This document shows positions 24,066-38,920 of a DNA stretch of 64,000 nt, one piece after another (positions within the stretch are counted from its first letter, which is position 1; every line of letters starts with the position of its first letter). This DNA is from Geosiphon pyriformis uo1. Lineage: Eukaryota; Fungi; Glomeromycota. The stretch lies in the NCBI GenBank assembly GCA_016748015.1, contig JAAOMT010000183.1, forward strand, positions 445,877-509,876, written 5' to 3'. The notes beneath the pieces are model-generated. The model did no database searches. It was not told the DNA's origin and was given only the letters and a program-made list of their open reading frames with translations. The position numbers and the translations under genes were made by a program.

Positions 24066-27000
24066 ATGTGTGTGCGAAGTGTGACACTATGATTTACAAG
24101 GATTTAAAATCCAAATCTGGCTTGTCACATGACTTTTTCAATAATGCTATTCACCACTCTTCTCTGTATGGTTTGAAGTCTTTTGAACAGATTCAGGCTG
24201 AAGACAAGTCAGCTTCTATTGTTGGTTTTGCCAATTCTGTTGGTATCTTGGGCCATTTGTTTGTGCATAGATTACATAACTTGCAGGTCCTCAGCTGGTA
24301 CTCTCGCCACCCTCTGCTTTTTTCTTCTTGTATTAATATCAATCTTTTGAATAATTTTTTGGCTGGCATTGTCCAGATTTTTTTGGGATGTGACCTTTCT
24401 CTGGATAGTCTCATGACCAATGCTTTTCATTTTCCAAGTAGAACCCCTATGTCTGTCATTCTTGGTAAGCCCACTTTTTATAAATGTGTCTTTTTACTTC
24501 AGCATTATGGAATTGCCTTTATTGAGCAGTTTTGCAGTCATACTGGTTCTGTTTTTGAATGGAAGACTTTCAAGTGGTGGAAAAGATTGGATTCTTGGGG
24601 CCTGGTTTCTTATTGGTTTGATGTTTCTGTTTACTATCTGAATGATTCTGGACCACCTTTTGTTTGCAATCTTCTGTTGCTGCAAGTTGGTTTGTCCAAT
24701 GTTTTTAAGTCTTGTAAGTTTGAAGTTGTGTGCAATCATCTGTTAGAAGTTGATTCTGGTTGTCTTTTTTTGTTTACAGATGGTTTTCTGAGTGGGCTGG
24801 GTACTCTTGGTATGAAAGTGGGTGCTGCTGTTTTTTTTGAGGACATTAATTTGGGTTTGGGTGTGGAAGTGTTCGGGTTGGTTTCTTTTACTATAACAGA
24901 GTTGCAGGCCATTGCTCTGGCTTTCAAGTGTGTTTCTTCTTCTTATTCAGTTGACTTGTTTTCAGACAACCAGGCTGCTTTGGATGCATACAAGTCAGAA
25001 TCTATGTTGATTCATCTGGATTTCAGGAATCAGTATTGGATCAAGCATCACCACATTGCTGATGTTATTCGATACAAAAATTTGAACATTAATTGGGTTA
25101 AGGTTAAAGATCACTCTGGTGTCTTGGGCAATAAGCATGCTGATGTTTTTGCTGGAGCTGCTACATTTTCTAATATGCATTTTCCTCACATGATTAATGA
25201 ACGTTTTCTCAGGACTGGTAGTACTGCAGTGTTTAGTAATTCTAAGCATTTTGTTCATAATGTTTTCTAATCTGTTTATCATACATGCTGGGAAGTTGGT
25301 TCTGGTTCCCAGGTCTTGGTGGATAGCCTGCATGATAATGTTGATTGGTCTAAATCTTTTTTGGTGTGGCATCCAAATTTTCATTTGACTGCTGGTTTCA
25401 CTAGTGCTTAGACTGTTGGCTTGCAGATGTATTTTATGAAAACACTACATTATCATCTCCTGATTGCTGTGTATAAACGTTTTTATAATAAGAGTTACTC
25501 CAATGTAATATGTCTATTCTGCAGCAATGTTGAGGTCTCAGACCATGTGTTTTTTTGTCCATTTGATGCTGCTAGTTGTGTTTGGTTGGTGAAAGTTTAT
25601 GCATCTGCTTGGGAGACACACTTGGGTTTATCTTACTCTTTTTTGTATGTTTCACAGTTGCTTTTTACTTGCATCTCCAATGTTGGTGTTAGTACAGCTC
25701 TGTATAAGGGCTTTGTTTTCAAGAAGTGGTATTGTAAATCTGTTGCTGTTTTTAAAGACTCTAAGATAGCAGCTCAGAATATCATGGCCTTTGTGTGTGA
25801 GTTTTGTCTTGTATTTCATGATGATGTTTGGCTAGTACATGCTAAGCACTAGATTATTATGGAGAATGGTGGCATAATCCTGCGTAATGGTTCTGTTTCT
25901 GTTTTTATCTCTGGTTTTTCTTTGGTGCTTTTGGCCAGTGTGGTTAGGTTGTTAAGTATTGCAGATGTATTTGGTGTTAGTTTTGGGTTTTGTAAATCTT
26001 GTTTATTCTTTTCAGGTTTAGATAACATGGTTTCAGTACATATAAGTGTCTAGTGTTGTCCTGACTAGCCTGAGTGGTTGGTCACGTATAGAAAATGCAT
26101 GATTCACACCTAGTTAAGATTACTTGTATGATGTATTGTACTAGACAGTGTTTGGACCTCACTTATTAAATTGAAAAAAAAAATTTTAATATCAAATATA
26201 ATATTAAAAAAACCAAATTGTTTTTAGATAAATTTATTTTTAATAATTAAAATTTGAATTATTTTATTATTAAACTTTATAAATTGAATTTTTTTTTAAC
26301 TTTTTTTAATTTAATTTAGTTTGTATTTTAACTAACTTAAATAGTCAATTATATGTAAAAAACATATAAATTATGTTTAATTTAAACCATTTATTGTTGA
26401 CATATTGTATTAAATAGTAATAAAATTACATTTTATTTTTATTTTTTTAATAAATACAATCTAATTAATATTTAGTATATAGAGTTAAGACTAAAAATCC
26501 CAGCTAAATACAATTCATTTTTTACTATATGTAACTAATTACTTAGACCAATTAAAACAATACTAAGTTTTTATGTAAACTATTATTTTATTATTCAAAC
26601 CAAAAAAAACAAACAGAATTTATAAAAACCAAAGCTAATTCCAAAAGACTTATTAATACTAATTAATCTAATTACTTCATTCAACAAACCTAATATCAAA
26701 TTATGAGACACATCAGATACTACTTTAAAATCATCAACCAAATTACATTTTTCTATATTTACTTTGTATTTAAATCTGAACTTTTATAAATTTGAACAAT
26801 ATTATTCACTCAAATTATATACAAAATTAACTAAGATTTAAACAGTTTTTTTATGATCTTTAAATATCTATATAGTTTTACTATACTAATTTACAAGCAT
26901 AAAATTTTTACAAAGAAATATATATAGATTAATATCTAATAAATATGAAAAAAAAATTCCACAACTATGAAAAATAATAGAAGATAAAACTCTGTTAGAA

Positions 27001-27461
27001 ATTTTCAAATCATAATCTGGTTAAGCAAAATTTTTTTATAGAAATCAGAATTCTTAGAACAGATAAACACATAATCAGAAAACTCAATTTTTTTATATTG
27101 CAAACACAAAACACTTAGATAATTTTTGTTATAAAGTTTTTTTTTAACTATAATAAACAATCTTTCATGAACTGTTTTCATAAAATATGTATGTAAATTA
27201 ACTGAAGTCTTACTTGTGAAGTCTAACAACATATCTGAATTCAGATACCAAATTACAGCAGTCCAAATCCAATCAATTTTTTGAACCAAAGAGCCATCTA
27301 TCACTTTAAAATTAACAAACATAACCTATTAACCTATATATATCCCTAAACAAAATAACAAATATTACTAAACATTGGTAAATTATTAGTTTTAATAAAG
27401 CATTTATATATATTACTGAACAACAACAAAAAAAAACAAACAGTTTTATTCACCAAAGCAT

Positions 27462-29242
27462 TATTATAAATAATTATTTAAAGTGTTAAAACAAATAACA
27501 AATCCTTTATTACAAATAATTATTTAGGGTATTAGTACAAATAACAAACCATAATTTGGTGCTTAATAGCTTGTTAATATTAGTAATTCTGAAGATTTTA
27601 ATAGAGTTCTTTGTATAATAAACAGAGATTCAATGGTTGTTTTAGTAGCCTTCCAAAATGGTTTTTCTATCAATTTTTTTTTAATATAGTGGCCAGTTTA
27701 TTCTGGCAGTTGTGTTTTTTTGGTAAGCTATTCTTAATTTTTGAGTTTTATATTCTTATTTCTGAGTTTTTTATTAGACTATTTTTAATGTTAAAATACT
27801 CAGTGCTTAATCCTTTTAATTAGTTAGTATAACAACAAAATAAAGCAAAATTAAAGAAAAAAAAAATAAAAAAAAAATAAAAAATTAGTATTCTGTCAAT
27901 AGCTATAATTAAGAGCTATTGATTTAGTGTAGTTAAATATTGGATTCTATTAACATAGAGTGTTGATAAAATAGAAGCAATTTAATATTTCTTAATCAAA
28001 TAACAATAAAATAGATTTAGGTAATAATGAATATTTTATTAATATGTGATTTAATTCCATTTTAAGTTGTAGAAAATTACTTTTTAAAGAGAGAGATATT
28101 AGATAATTTAATTAATCTTAAACTAAATTCTTCAGAAATTGCTTTTTTTGCTTTTAATATTCTTACTATATATATATAATTTATATTATACAAGATTTTT
28201 TAGATTTTTTTCATTTTTTTAGCCAGAAATTCTGGAATTCTTGGAATTTTGTAATTTTTTAAGAGAAATTCTGAAATTTTTTTTTACTATACTTATTTTT
28301 AATTGGCTACTTTATATTCTTATTAAAAATTTCTAAATTTCTATGAGTAACTCCATAATTTGGTGCTTAATATTTGGTAATATTGGTAATTTCTGAAAAT
28401 TTTGGAGTCTGAAGATTTTGGTTGAGTCTTTTGTATAATGAACAGAAATTCAATTGATAGTTTTTTCTGTAAATTTTTTTTTTAGCATAATGGCCAATTT
28501 ATTTTAACAGTTATGTTTTTTTGATAAGCTATCCTTAAATTTTTACTCTTATTCTTGGGTTTTTTACTAAACTATTCTTGATGTTAAATATTTAGTTCTT
28601 GATTTTTTTAATCAATTAGCAAACAACAAAGAAACAAAATAAAATAAAATAAAATAAAATAAAATAAAAAATAAAAAATTAATATCTTATCAATAGCTGT
28701 AATCAAAAGCCATTGGTCTAGTATGATTAAGTGTTGGATTCTATTAATATGGAGTGTTAATAAAGTAAAATAAATTAATATTTTTTTAATTAAGTAATAA
28801 TAACATAAATTTGATAATAATAGTTAATTTTATTAATATAAAAATAATTTCATTTCAAGTCATAGAAAACTATTTTTTGAAGAAAGAAGTATTATTCTAA
28901 ATTAATATAAACTCTATTAAATTCTTCTGAAATTATTTTTTCTGTTTTTAATATTCTTGCTATATATATATAATTTATGTTATATAAGATCTTGTTTTTT
29001 CTTAAATAATGTGCACTATTTTCTCTAATAATGTTCTTATTGTTGAGCAATGTGCCATAATTTTCTAACAATAGACTTATTGCTAAGCAGTATATTATAA
29101 TTTACTAATAATATGCTTATTGCTGAGCAATATGTTATAATTTTTTAATATTGTAATTATTTGTTAAGTTTTATTCTCTTATTAGTCTTATTTTTTTATC
29201 TGTTTTTTCTACTTTCTTTTTTGTACTTTTCTATAAATAACA
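27462..29242 (-). repeat. Solo LTR (outer), interrupted by a second solo LTR
   Basis: Decayed termini; TSD gcat/gtat; U3 ATTGCTnAGCAAT-type repeats at ~29030-29135. Confidence 0.75.
27508..28352 (-). repeat. Solo LTR (inner) inserted in the U5 of another LTR
   Basis: tattac...gtaact termini; flanks cctt/ccat. The outer LTR resumes in register at 28353. Confidence 0.75.
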
Positions 29243-30351
29243 GTATTTACTTAAATATTAACCAAAATACTTAAATGTTCCTTAATTTTTAACCAAACCA
29301 CCAAAAATTTTTATTATTGACCAAGTTTGTAATGTGTCTCTTTTTCATTTAACAATAATATTAAAAATTAAAACTTAACAGTTCTTATTTTAAGATACAT
29401 ATATTCATAATGGTCTAGCTGTCTAAATACATAATTCCAACATAAAAAAAGAGCACATATTCCAAAGCCAAAGCAATAGCTTGTAATTCAGTTATTATTA
29501 ATAACAACAACTCATTAATTCTAATATTAATACTTAAATCAACTTTAAAAAAATATGTGGCAGTTTCACCAATTACAGTAGAAAAACTGAAACTTTTCAA
29601 AGACTTATTTGTATATACAGTAATAGTATTCAACCAGATTTTGTAAAAATGTTCCTTTAAAGTCGAAAATTGATTTGTTAACAAAATATTACTACTTTTT
29701 ACATTAAAAACTGCACTAGAAAAAATCAATACAAACTTAATATTGTGCAAAAATTTTGATGTCAAAACAAATTAAAAAAATACTGGCCTTTTGAAATTTA
29801 ATTTTTTTTAACAATAGAATGTTTTTTAATCTATAACTTTATTCTGTTTATCCAAAAGTCTGTTACAAAAAGCTGCACTAAACTTCTTTAAAGAACTAAC
29901 CTTTTTAAAATACAATAAAGCTCTTAAAACATTTAACATAAAAAATTTGTCAGAAATAAGGAATGTACAAGGCAAATTATTTGCCAATAAGAAACCATTG
30001 TTCAAAAAAATACACATTATTTCAGCCAAAAAATTGTTAAAAAAACTGACATACAATCTTACCAAATACTATAAGAGATTTAAGAAGACCCAGTTCAAAA
30101 TCTACAGATCCAAAAATTTATGTTCAAAAAGCCAACCAAGAATTTTAAAAACATTTGTGAAGATAATTGTTAATACAACCTTTTTTTCAGTTTAAATTTG
30201 TTTGAATGTTTTCAGATTATACAATGAAAGATAATGTAGTGTCTTATTTGAAAAGTTATAAAACAACTTAGTCTTTAATTTTAGGTTCTTTCTGATTAAG
30301 ACATCTTATTAATAATAAACTCCAGAAAAAATAAAACTAAATTGTAAATAA

Positions 30352-33333
30352 TATTACAAGTGTTTTTTCCTATCTTTAGTGATTGTACTATAATTAATTT
30401 CTATGGCTTTTTAGATTAAGTAATGATATAATAAATTATTTAATTTTAATATGAGAATAAGTATATTAGTTTTAATTAGTATTGCTTTTAATTTATGCTA
30501 GATTTCTATTTAATATATTATTACTATTCTCTTATTTAAGAATCTAAAAATTAGTTTAGTAAGTTTTTTTAACTTCTTAGCAGATATTGAATAATTTTTT
30601 TTAAGTGTTTTTATTATTAAATTTGGTGTGTAACATAATGTTTTTATTAAAATTACTGTTAATAGCCACTGCTATATTAGTTTTTTAAAGAGAATTTCTA
30701 TTATATTCCTATACTTCTAATTGTGTCTTTTTTTAAGGCTTCTGTAAAAATACTTTTTTATTTCACATTAATATCAGGCATTTGTATTTCTTTATTTGTA
30801 ATAAAACAGTACCTTATTTCTAATAAATTTAAAAAAAATTAAAATAAAAAATAAAATTTAACAAAATTAATATTCATAAAATAATCTTAATTAAAGATTA
30901 TTTTTTCAAAGATATAGAGAACTTGTTTCAGATTTTTAAGTTAATTGTTAATTTTGGTCAAAGTATTATAAGTATTTTTTAAATAATTTTATGTATTTAA
31001 TATTCTTTTAATGTGTTTTTAATTTTGTTAAGCTTGGATCTTATTTGTGTTTTTGTTGGCATATCAAATGTTTTTACTATTGTTTTTCCTCAATAAAAAG
31101 ATAATAGTAAAAGAGAAGGTAGTGGTCTTTTCAGTTATTTGCAGGAAGCTAAATTATAAAGGAAAAAAGTTTTCAATTCTATTGATTTCAGTATTAATGA
31201 ATAATACAAAGCTTGGAAAACATATTGTCTAGTTTTTTTTGAGATTATAATTCAATTCTTCCATTTTTTTTTCGTTTTTATTTTGTCTAATTAATTTTTT
31301 GTTCTTTATTATTCTCTTTTTTTGTCTGTTTTTTTTCTAGTTAGAAAGCTATTGTATATATACATATTTCGAATTATATATAATTGTGCCTATTCTAATT
31401 GATTAATAAATAATTGCTAAGCTATTAGACCTTTTATTTAACTATAAGTGTCTTTTGGCTTACTTGTTTGTAATTACATTAAATTGGACATATTTGTGTA
31501 TGTTTTTTATACTATCATGTACATGTTATGTTTTCTAATTTTATTTATTAATTTTTGCTATTTATATTGTTATTTAATGATTAGTTAATATATTATGATA
31601 TTATTATTTTTGATTTTTGTTAATTTTTATTAGATAATATTATTTTCCTATTAATATTGAGCTTTGTTAAAATTAATGTGCATTTCTCTAATGTTGATAT
31701 TTAACATAAAGATCTGTATACTTGTTTGAACTATTTATTTTTATAAATTCTGAAATTTGTTGTTAATAAGTTTTTTAATTTTATTTAAAATAAGTATGTT
31801 TATTTTATTTGTTAATAATACTTTTGAACAATATTAAAACAGCATATAGAGTTGGTATACTGCCCTAAAACAGTGCTTAGAGTTGCTTTTTTTAATTAGT
31901 TTTTCGAACTTCTAAAGTTTTATTTTGTCAATTTTTTTGCTACTTTTCTTAATGTAAATTGTTTGAAAATTTAATTGTATGACTATTATAAAGTGTATAT
32001 AGTAAGAAGAAGTAATTAAGTTCATTTCTTTTTTGGGTATTGTATTTCTTAAGAGCTAAAATTTTTTCATGATTTTACCAATTAATGTGTTGGCATTTTT
32101 TTGTTTTTTACAGTAAGAATTAAAATAATTTGTGTTTAATTTGTTTTTTTACATAACTGAATTTTTTTTTCTATATAATATTTTAAAATTATTAAGAGTA
32201 ATTTCTAATAAAAAATTATTTTTTTGTAATAGTCAAAATAAAAGTTAAAAGTATTTATAATATTTTCAAATATATATATATTTTTTTTTATTAATTAATG
32301 AGTGAGATCCAAATGCTACCTACTGCTATACATCAAAAAAATGATCTAAAGTAGGCACAAATCATGCATTTTCTACACATAACCAGCCACTCGGGCCAGT
32401 CAGAACAATACTATATAGCTATACGAACAGAAACTGAGTCATTAATACCAGAAAAAAATAAGTAACACTTGTGATAACCAAAGCTAACACCAAAAGCCTC
32501 AACCGTTCTCACAAATATATTTATAATAAAAATAAATAATAAATAAATACTAAAATAAATTATTTTTATATATCAAAATTTTAAAGGAATTTCTTTAATA
32601 GTTTAATGTTTCTGATTTTTTTAACTATTTTTGGAATTGTTTTAATTTTTTTTTAAATATTAATAATGATAATTCAAATGTAGTTGATCAAATTAATTGT
32701 TTTTTAAGTAATATTTAATAATTATTATTGGCTTCAAGTCTTATGAATTTTTGGTCAAAAAACACAATTGATATATGTCTTTCTGAATTTGGGTATTAAT
32801 AGATCAGATAAATATTGTTAATGCTAAATTCTTAATTGGTTACTGTGTACAACTTTCTTTAAAATTTTATTGTCTAAATGTAACTTATATGTACTATTAC
32901 TTAAGATATTATAAACATAAAAAAATCTATCCTATTTGTTGTTAAATTTTTTGCTTTATTGTTTTTCTGTTTTTGTTTAATATAATAAAACTTTGTTTTT
33001 TATTTTATAAAAAATAAGTTGTTTTATTATATTGAATTTTTTGTTGTTTTTTGGAGTACTTAATATTATTAATTACATATTGGCAATTGTCTTCTAGTTT
33101 TTTTAGCAATTTATAAGCCTATTTTTTAATAATTTCTTGTAAGTTATTATCATTTATTGGTTTTGTTGAATAGATGTTTATTATTAGTTCTATAAATAAT
33201 ATAGCATTTTTTTTACATACTAATTTAAATAGTGTGAATTTTGTAGTATTATGTTTTAATGTTTAATAAGTCAATAAAACTGAAAGATAAATAAATCTCA
33301 TTTTTGTTTTATTTTATTGCTTATTTTTATCAA
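30352..33333 (-). mobile_element. Gypsy-C 3' part: integrase C-terminus, ORF3, PPT, 3' LTR (30352-31639)
   Basis: The LTR is the reverse complement of 41081-42372. PPT at ~31640-31652; integrase tail remnant at ~32800-33333. Confidence 0.8.
32281..32510 (-). mobile_element. Short 5'-truncated LINE (family B 3' end)
   Basis: Poly(T), 3' UTR and last ORF2 codons. Flanked by caaatatat at 32267-32275 and 32512-32520. Confidence 0.8.
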
Positions 33334-35554
33334 TATTACTGGAGGTTTTTGGTCTCTTTTTTTGAATGTTGTTAATGCTTGTTTGTTGTAAATTTACGTT
33401 TTTTGGAAGCTAGTAGACTTCTAATAACTGAATTTATTTTCAAATTATCTCCTATAATTTGAACTGCTGAGTTTATAAGTAGAATAACCAATTCTATATT
33501 AGTTACTTTATATAATTACATTGTAGTAAACATCAACTCTTTCCCAAAAATTGCTTATCTAAAAGCTCACCAAAAATATATAGTTATTTTGCTGTGAAAG
33601 TCAACTCTTTTACAGAAATTTTGTCTGTAGACTACTTTAATAATTATAATAAGAAAAGTAAAAAAAATATAAAAAATATAAAAAATATAAAATATTGTCA
33701 AGGGAATCGTTTTTTATTTAGGCCTGGAATTACTAACAGATTATTGAAATTGGTAGCTAATCAATTTCAAAATGTTAGTTGGATTTTTGTGAGTTGTCAA
33801 GTAGAATAATTAAGGATTTGGTTTTTTAAATATTTAATTTTTATTTAATTTTGTAAGGATGTATAAGAGGTGATTTTTCTAATTAAGATATTTAAAGTAA
33901 GATACTATGATAAGATATATTTTTTTGAAGAGAAAAGCTTTTTTTTTATATAATTTGCTATAGTACTAGTTTTTAAACTTGCACTTTTCTTTTTGTTATA
34001 ATTTTGGTAAATTAAAGATATATTTCAGCAAACTACAAGTTATTTCTACAAACTATTTATTATTTCGACTAATTTCTGCTAATTTCGGCGAATTTTTGAA
34101 TATTAAATGGTTTAGTATATTGTGTAATTTGATCATCTTAATTTTTATGGTACAAATCGAATTATTAATTGAATAATAATATTTGATAATTTGATTAAAT
34201 AATAAGTAATAATTGAAATGATAATACTATATATTAATTAATAATAGAAATTATGAGAGTAACTTTATGCTAATTAATAGCTAAAATTTTACTAGTAACA
34301 TAACTTTTTCCTTAAGACTAAACTCTGTTAAAGTTCAAATATTATCTGTAATATTAAAATAATAATCCAAAATAATTAAAGTGATTTGGTTTGAAAATTG
34401 TTGAAATTTCAGTTCTGTAAGCTTTCCAATATACTAAATTTTTATTGAATGAAATATTAAATTTTGTAGAATATTTTTGCAAGTATTGAATAAGTTGTAG
34501 AGTTTAAAAGCTATTCTCAGTTTATAGTAAGTGTTTATTGGTCCAGCTGCTATCTTGAATTCATTGTGAATTTGTTTTTGTAAAGCTTTATGAGTAATAT
34601 TTATTGCTTCAAGTTCCAGTTTTTGTTCATAAAGTGTTTTTTTAATATAAAAATATCTATAAATAAGGGCATATTTATTGTTCTGTTTATTAAAAAATAG
34701 TAGAAGTTTTTGTTAAATTGTGGCATTTGGTAAAATATTAATAAAAGCAAATAAAAAATTTTTTTAAAGCTTGTTTTAAAAGTTCTGGTAGTTGACTTCC
34801 AGAATAACTTCTTATGTTTCTTCTATAAGAATGATAATTTAATGAATTGTTTACTATTAGAGCTGTGGTTTCTTTCTAAATATAATTAATTTGATTTTTA
34901 TTAATTGTTATGAATAAATTAAAAAGTGTTTTCAAGACTAACATTAATTTTTGGAATATTTGTTGAATATTTCGGAAAATAATCATGATAAAAATAACTA
35001 ACTAATAAATAAAATTTTGAAAAAAAATAAAGAAAATTATTTTTGGATATAGGGTTTTATTTGTTTTTAGGTTTGAGTGTTTTTTGTAATTATTTACTAT
35101 TTTTGTTTTATGTTTTGTGTATTATTAAAGAGATTTTGTAAAAATATTAAGTTAAGTATTTAAGTTTGGTTGTTGTTTTATTATAACTATTGGTTTTAAT
35201 TTTTAGGGAATATTTTCAAAATTAATTAAAAGAGAATATGTACCAATTTATAGAATTAATGATTTAAGATTGTTTCTGAAATGATAGTGTTTCAATTAAT
35301 TTTTATGTGTAATTTTTGCTAGTACTTTGTCATCAAGTTTTAACTTGTATAATATATTGCCCAAGATTTTATGAATATAAAATGGTCCATTCTATTTATG
35401 TTTAAATTTTCTACTTTATTGTTTTTTAGTTTTAGTTTTGTGTAAGAAAACTTTATTTTCAACTTTAAATTTGTTGGTGGCTAGTGGTAGTTTGTTGTCA
35501 TGTCATTTTTTTTGTTAAGCTTAAGAGTATTTAATATGAATTACTACTATCCAT
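33334..35554 (-). mobile_element. Gypsy-F 3' part: integrase C-terminus, ORF3, PPT, 3' LTR (~33334-34300)
   Basis: GPF integrase tail at ~35290-35554; PPT aaggaaaaag followed by TGTTAC at 34300; probable decayed far terminus at 33334. The LTR is unlike the others here. Confidence 0.65.
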
Positions 35555-36600
35555 TGTTACAAGTGATTATTTGGGGTCTCAAATCAAATAACAAATTAGT
35601 AACTTGGTGCTCAATGGCTAAATTATGTTAGTAATTATCTAAAGATTTTAAATGGAGTTCTTTGTATAATAGACAGAGATTCAAGTGTGTCTTTCTTTTA
35701 ATGATGCTTCTATGTCAACTCTCAAGTTAATGTGGTTTGTTGTTTATCACTTCCTGGAATCACAATTCAGTTAATTTTTTTCTCAGCATAATGGCTGACA
35801 ATTTTCTAGTAAGTTATTCTCAAATTGAGTGTCTACCCTTATTTCTGGGTCTTTTACCAGTGCTATACTCTGACATCAGTAACTTAGTACTTAATTCTTA
35901 ATTAGTATATAACAATAAAAGAGAAAATAAAAAAAAGAAAAATAACAAAGAAAAATAAGCCAAGGCAATTAAGTTAGTATCTTGTCAATAGCCATAATCA
36001 ATAGCTACTGTTTCAGTATGATCAAGTATGAATTACTATCAACATAAAATATTGATAGTAGAGAGTAGATTGAGATAGCAAATAGTTATTTATTAATATT
36101 TGTGACTTAAAAAATTGCTTAGATAAAATTTTAACTAAGAAGTCTGTCTTTTTTGCTTCTAATGCTACTGCTATATATATATAATTGAGATTTTTTAATT
36201 CCTTAATTCTTTATCTCAAAAATCCTGGAATTCCTGGAATTTTGCAATTTCTTTAAGAAGAATCCTAGAATTTTACATTTATTATGACTATTTCTGATTG
36301 GCTAATTTATATGCTAATATACTTCTTATATTCTATAAATAATATTATTCTCTCATTTTAATATTGAGCTCTATTAAGATCTCCTAATTTTAATTCTCTG
36401 TCTTTGAGTATTTCTTGACCTTTTTTTTTGAGAATTATTTGTGTTATCTTGTTCTGTAATTTTTTAAATTGGGCATTGGTTATTTTTCCCATTTGGTTAA
36501 TGGTAATAAAGTTTATTGCTAGATTGAGTAAAATTTCTGGTTGGTCTTGAAATTCAACTTATAACTAATAAATGACTTGTGCTATCTCAAAAAAGATTTA
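35555..36600 (-). mobile_element. Gypsy-B 3' end: 3' LTR (35555-36344), PPT, ORF3 C-terminus
   Basis: The LTR closely matches the reverse complement of 46669-47411. Flank CCAT (= ATGG). Confidence 0.88.
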
Positions 36601-37533
36601 TAAAAAAAATGTTTTAGATAAAAATTATCTTCAGTTAACTTATTTTTATGTGAAAAAAAATGTTTTTATTGTTTAATTTATTGTCTTTGATAGCAAGTTC
36701 TAAGCACAAATAGTATTACCAATAGTTATTTTTGTTGTTATTTATGTTGATTTTATTTTGGAATTCTCTTATTTTGGTGCTCTATATTATAATAAAAACT
36801 TCTTTGGTTTCTTAAATATATTTGTAATTAATAATAAACTGACTTTTTTAGAATGTTTTTTAGAACTGCTAACTGATTAAATATTAAATATTATATATAG
36901 ACTAAATGAATTGAGTTTGGCTCCTTTTGTTTTTGTTCCTTTTTTTTAAATTATTTGGTTGATGATTTCCAATTCAGTCTTAGATTCAAATATGATTTTA
37001 GATGTTTTATTGGTATTATCTTCTTTTTTTCTTTTAACAATAAACATAACTTTAAGTTTGAGCACAAGCAGCTTTAAAATTTTAATCTTTAAGATAGAAG
37101 GCTTAAAATCTAAGATAGTTGTTTTTAAGATATTTATTGCTTCTGTTTTGAAAAGATTAGATTATTTGTGCTTTAATTTAGTTTTTTTGGTATTTTTCTT
37201 GTCAAAATAAGTGAATTGTTTTGAAAAATTACCACATGTAATATTAAGAGTATAAATAATTTGTCTAAACAAAAAGACATTTTTTATTGGTATTTGAAAT
37301 TTGACAACATAATTTCCATTTTTACTGAAACTAAATTAAGATCTATTATTAAGTCATAGATTGAAAATAAGTTTGACAATATTTGAATCTTTATGTCAAA
37401 TTTAAGTAAAAATTTTTGTAGTGTTGGTATGGTCATGATATAAACTATTTCTTGGTCCAATATATATTAAATGTTGTAAAAGTTCCTGGCAGAATTATTT
37501 CAGTTTTTTTGTTGTTCAAGAACAAGTTTTTAA

Positions 37534-38355
37534 TATTATAAATAATTATTTGATATATTAAAATAAATAACAAATCTGTAACTTAATGTTCAATAGTTAT
37601 TGATAATAGTAATTTTTAAAGATTTTATAATTTAAAAATTTTAGTAATATTTTGTATAATAAACAAAAATTCAATTAATAATTTCTTCTGTAAATTTTTT
37701 TCTTTAATATGATAACCAGTTTATTCTAACAGTTATGTCTTTCTAATAAGTTATTTTTAAAATTTTTACTCTTTGTTTTATGAGTTTTTTATCAGATTAT
37801 TCTTAATATTAATTATTTAGTACTTAATTTTTTAATCAATTAGTAAACAACAAAGAAAATAAAAATAAAAAAAGAAATAAAAAATTAGTATCTTATTAAT
37901 AATTGTAATTAAGAGTTATTAATTTAATATAATTAAGTATTAGATTTTATTAACATGAATTATTAATAATAAGAAAGCAATAAAAATTTTTAATCAAGCA
38001 ACAATAACATAAATTGAATAATAATTGAGTATTTTATTAATATAAATATAATTTTACTTCAAATTATAAAAAACTATTTTTTAAAAGAAAAAGTATTGAA
38101 TAATTATTTGTCTTTAGCTTTTGTTTTGTCTTTTTTGCTTCTAATACTTTATTATATATACATAATTTATATTATATAAGATTTTATATATTTCTACTTT
38201 TTTTTTCTATATTACTTTTTAAAAATGTGCTTATTTTTGAAAATATGCTATAATTTTCTAAAAATATGTTTACTTATTAAGTATTATTTTCTTATTGGTT
38301 TATTTTATAATCTGTTTTTTTTATCTTTTTCTTGTATTTTTTTTTATGAATAATA
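37534..38355 (-). repeat. Solo LTR within the LINE APE domain
   Basis: Decayed termini; TSD ttaa/ttga. The LINE frame KNKFLITIL resumes across it. Confidence 0.75.
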
Positions 38356-38920
38356 TTGATTACAATTCTAGATTTAAATACTAATATATTGGCTAAAACA
38401 AGATTTGGTCAAGCTTTTAATATCAACTCTGTTATTTTTAAAGTGATTGATTTTGGTTTTTTTGTTATTTTGAGTGGTAATTTTAATAAAGATAATTCTA
38501 AGAAAAGCACAAATTTTAAAAAATGCTTAGATATGAGTCTGGTTAATTCACTTTATAAATATTTTTTAGCTAAATTTTCTACTTAGAGCAACTTTAAAAG
38601 AGCTGAAAAAGTTATAAATTATTTTTTTATTAGTAAGAATTTGTTGTTAACAATTGCAGATCATAAAGTTAGTTCTGTATTTAACTTTTTTAATACAAAT
38701 CATAAGATAGTTAAGATTTTAATTAAATTAAAGATTTTTTTAGATGCTTGTTTAAATAGTATTTACAAATAAACAAATAAAGATTGTTAAAAATTCAAGA
38801 TTAGAAATGCTAATAGTATTAAGTAGAATAAATTTTGTGATTTTTTTTCTACTAAACTTTTTTTAATAATAAATAAATTTAATAAAGTAAGTATAAAAAG
38901 TAATCTGAATATAATATAAA

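Larger units (their letters stand above)
20365..26182 (+). mobile_element. 5'-truncated LINE (family B): ORF1 tail plus complete ORF2 remnant, interrupted by a solo LTR
   Basis: ORF2 remnant ~20536-26053 with APE, RT (FVDN), RNase H (FTDG) and Zn finger. Poly(A) at 26174-26182. The ORF1 tail differs from family A. Confidence 0.92.
823..26373. mobile_element. Putative old TIR DNA element (~4.5 kb net) hosting the left LINE cluster
   Basis: 823-859 (caattcatgcgttttttacacataattggccatctaa) is the reverse complement of 26338-26373, with transition-only mismatches. TG flanks both ends. No transposase recognised. Confidence 0.45.
26431..30351 (-). mobile_element. 3' half of a heavily decayed LINE (partner of 36601-41080)
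   Basis: Family A-like 3' UTR and T-rich tail at ~26431-26560. Zn finger (27005-27322) and RNase H (29415-29765, TELQAIALALE) remnants. Begins at TTAT, then LQFSF. Confidence 0.85.
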
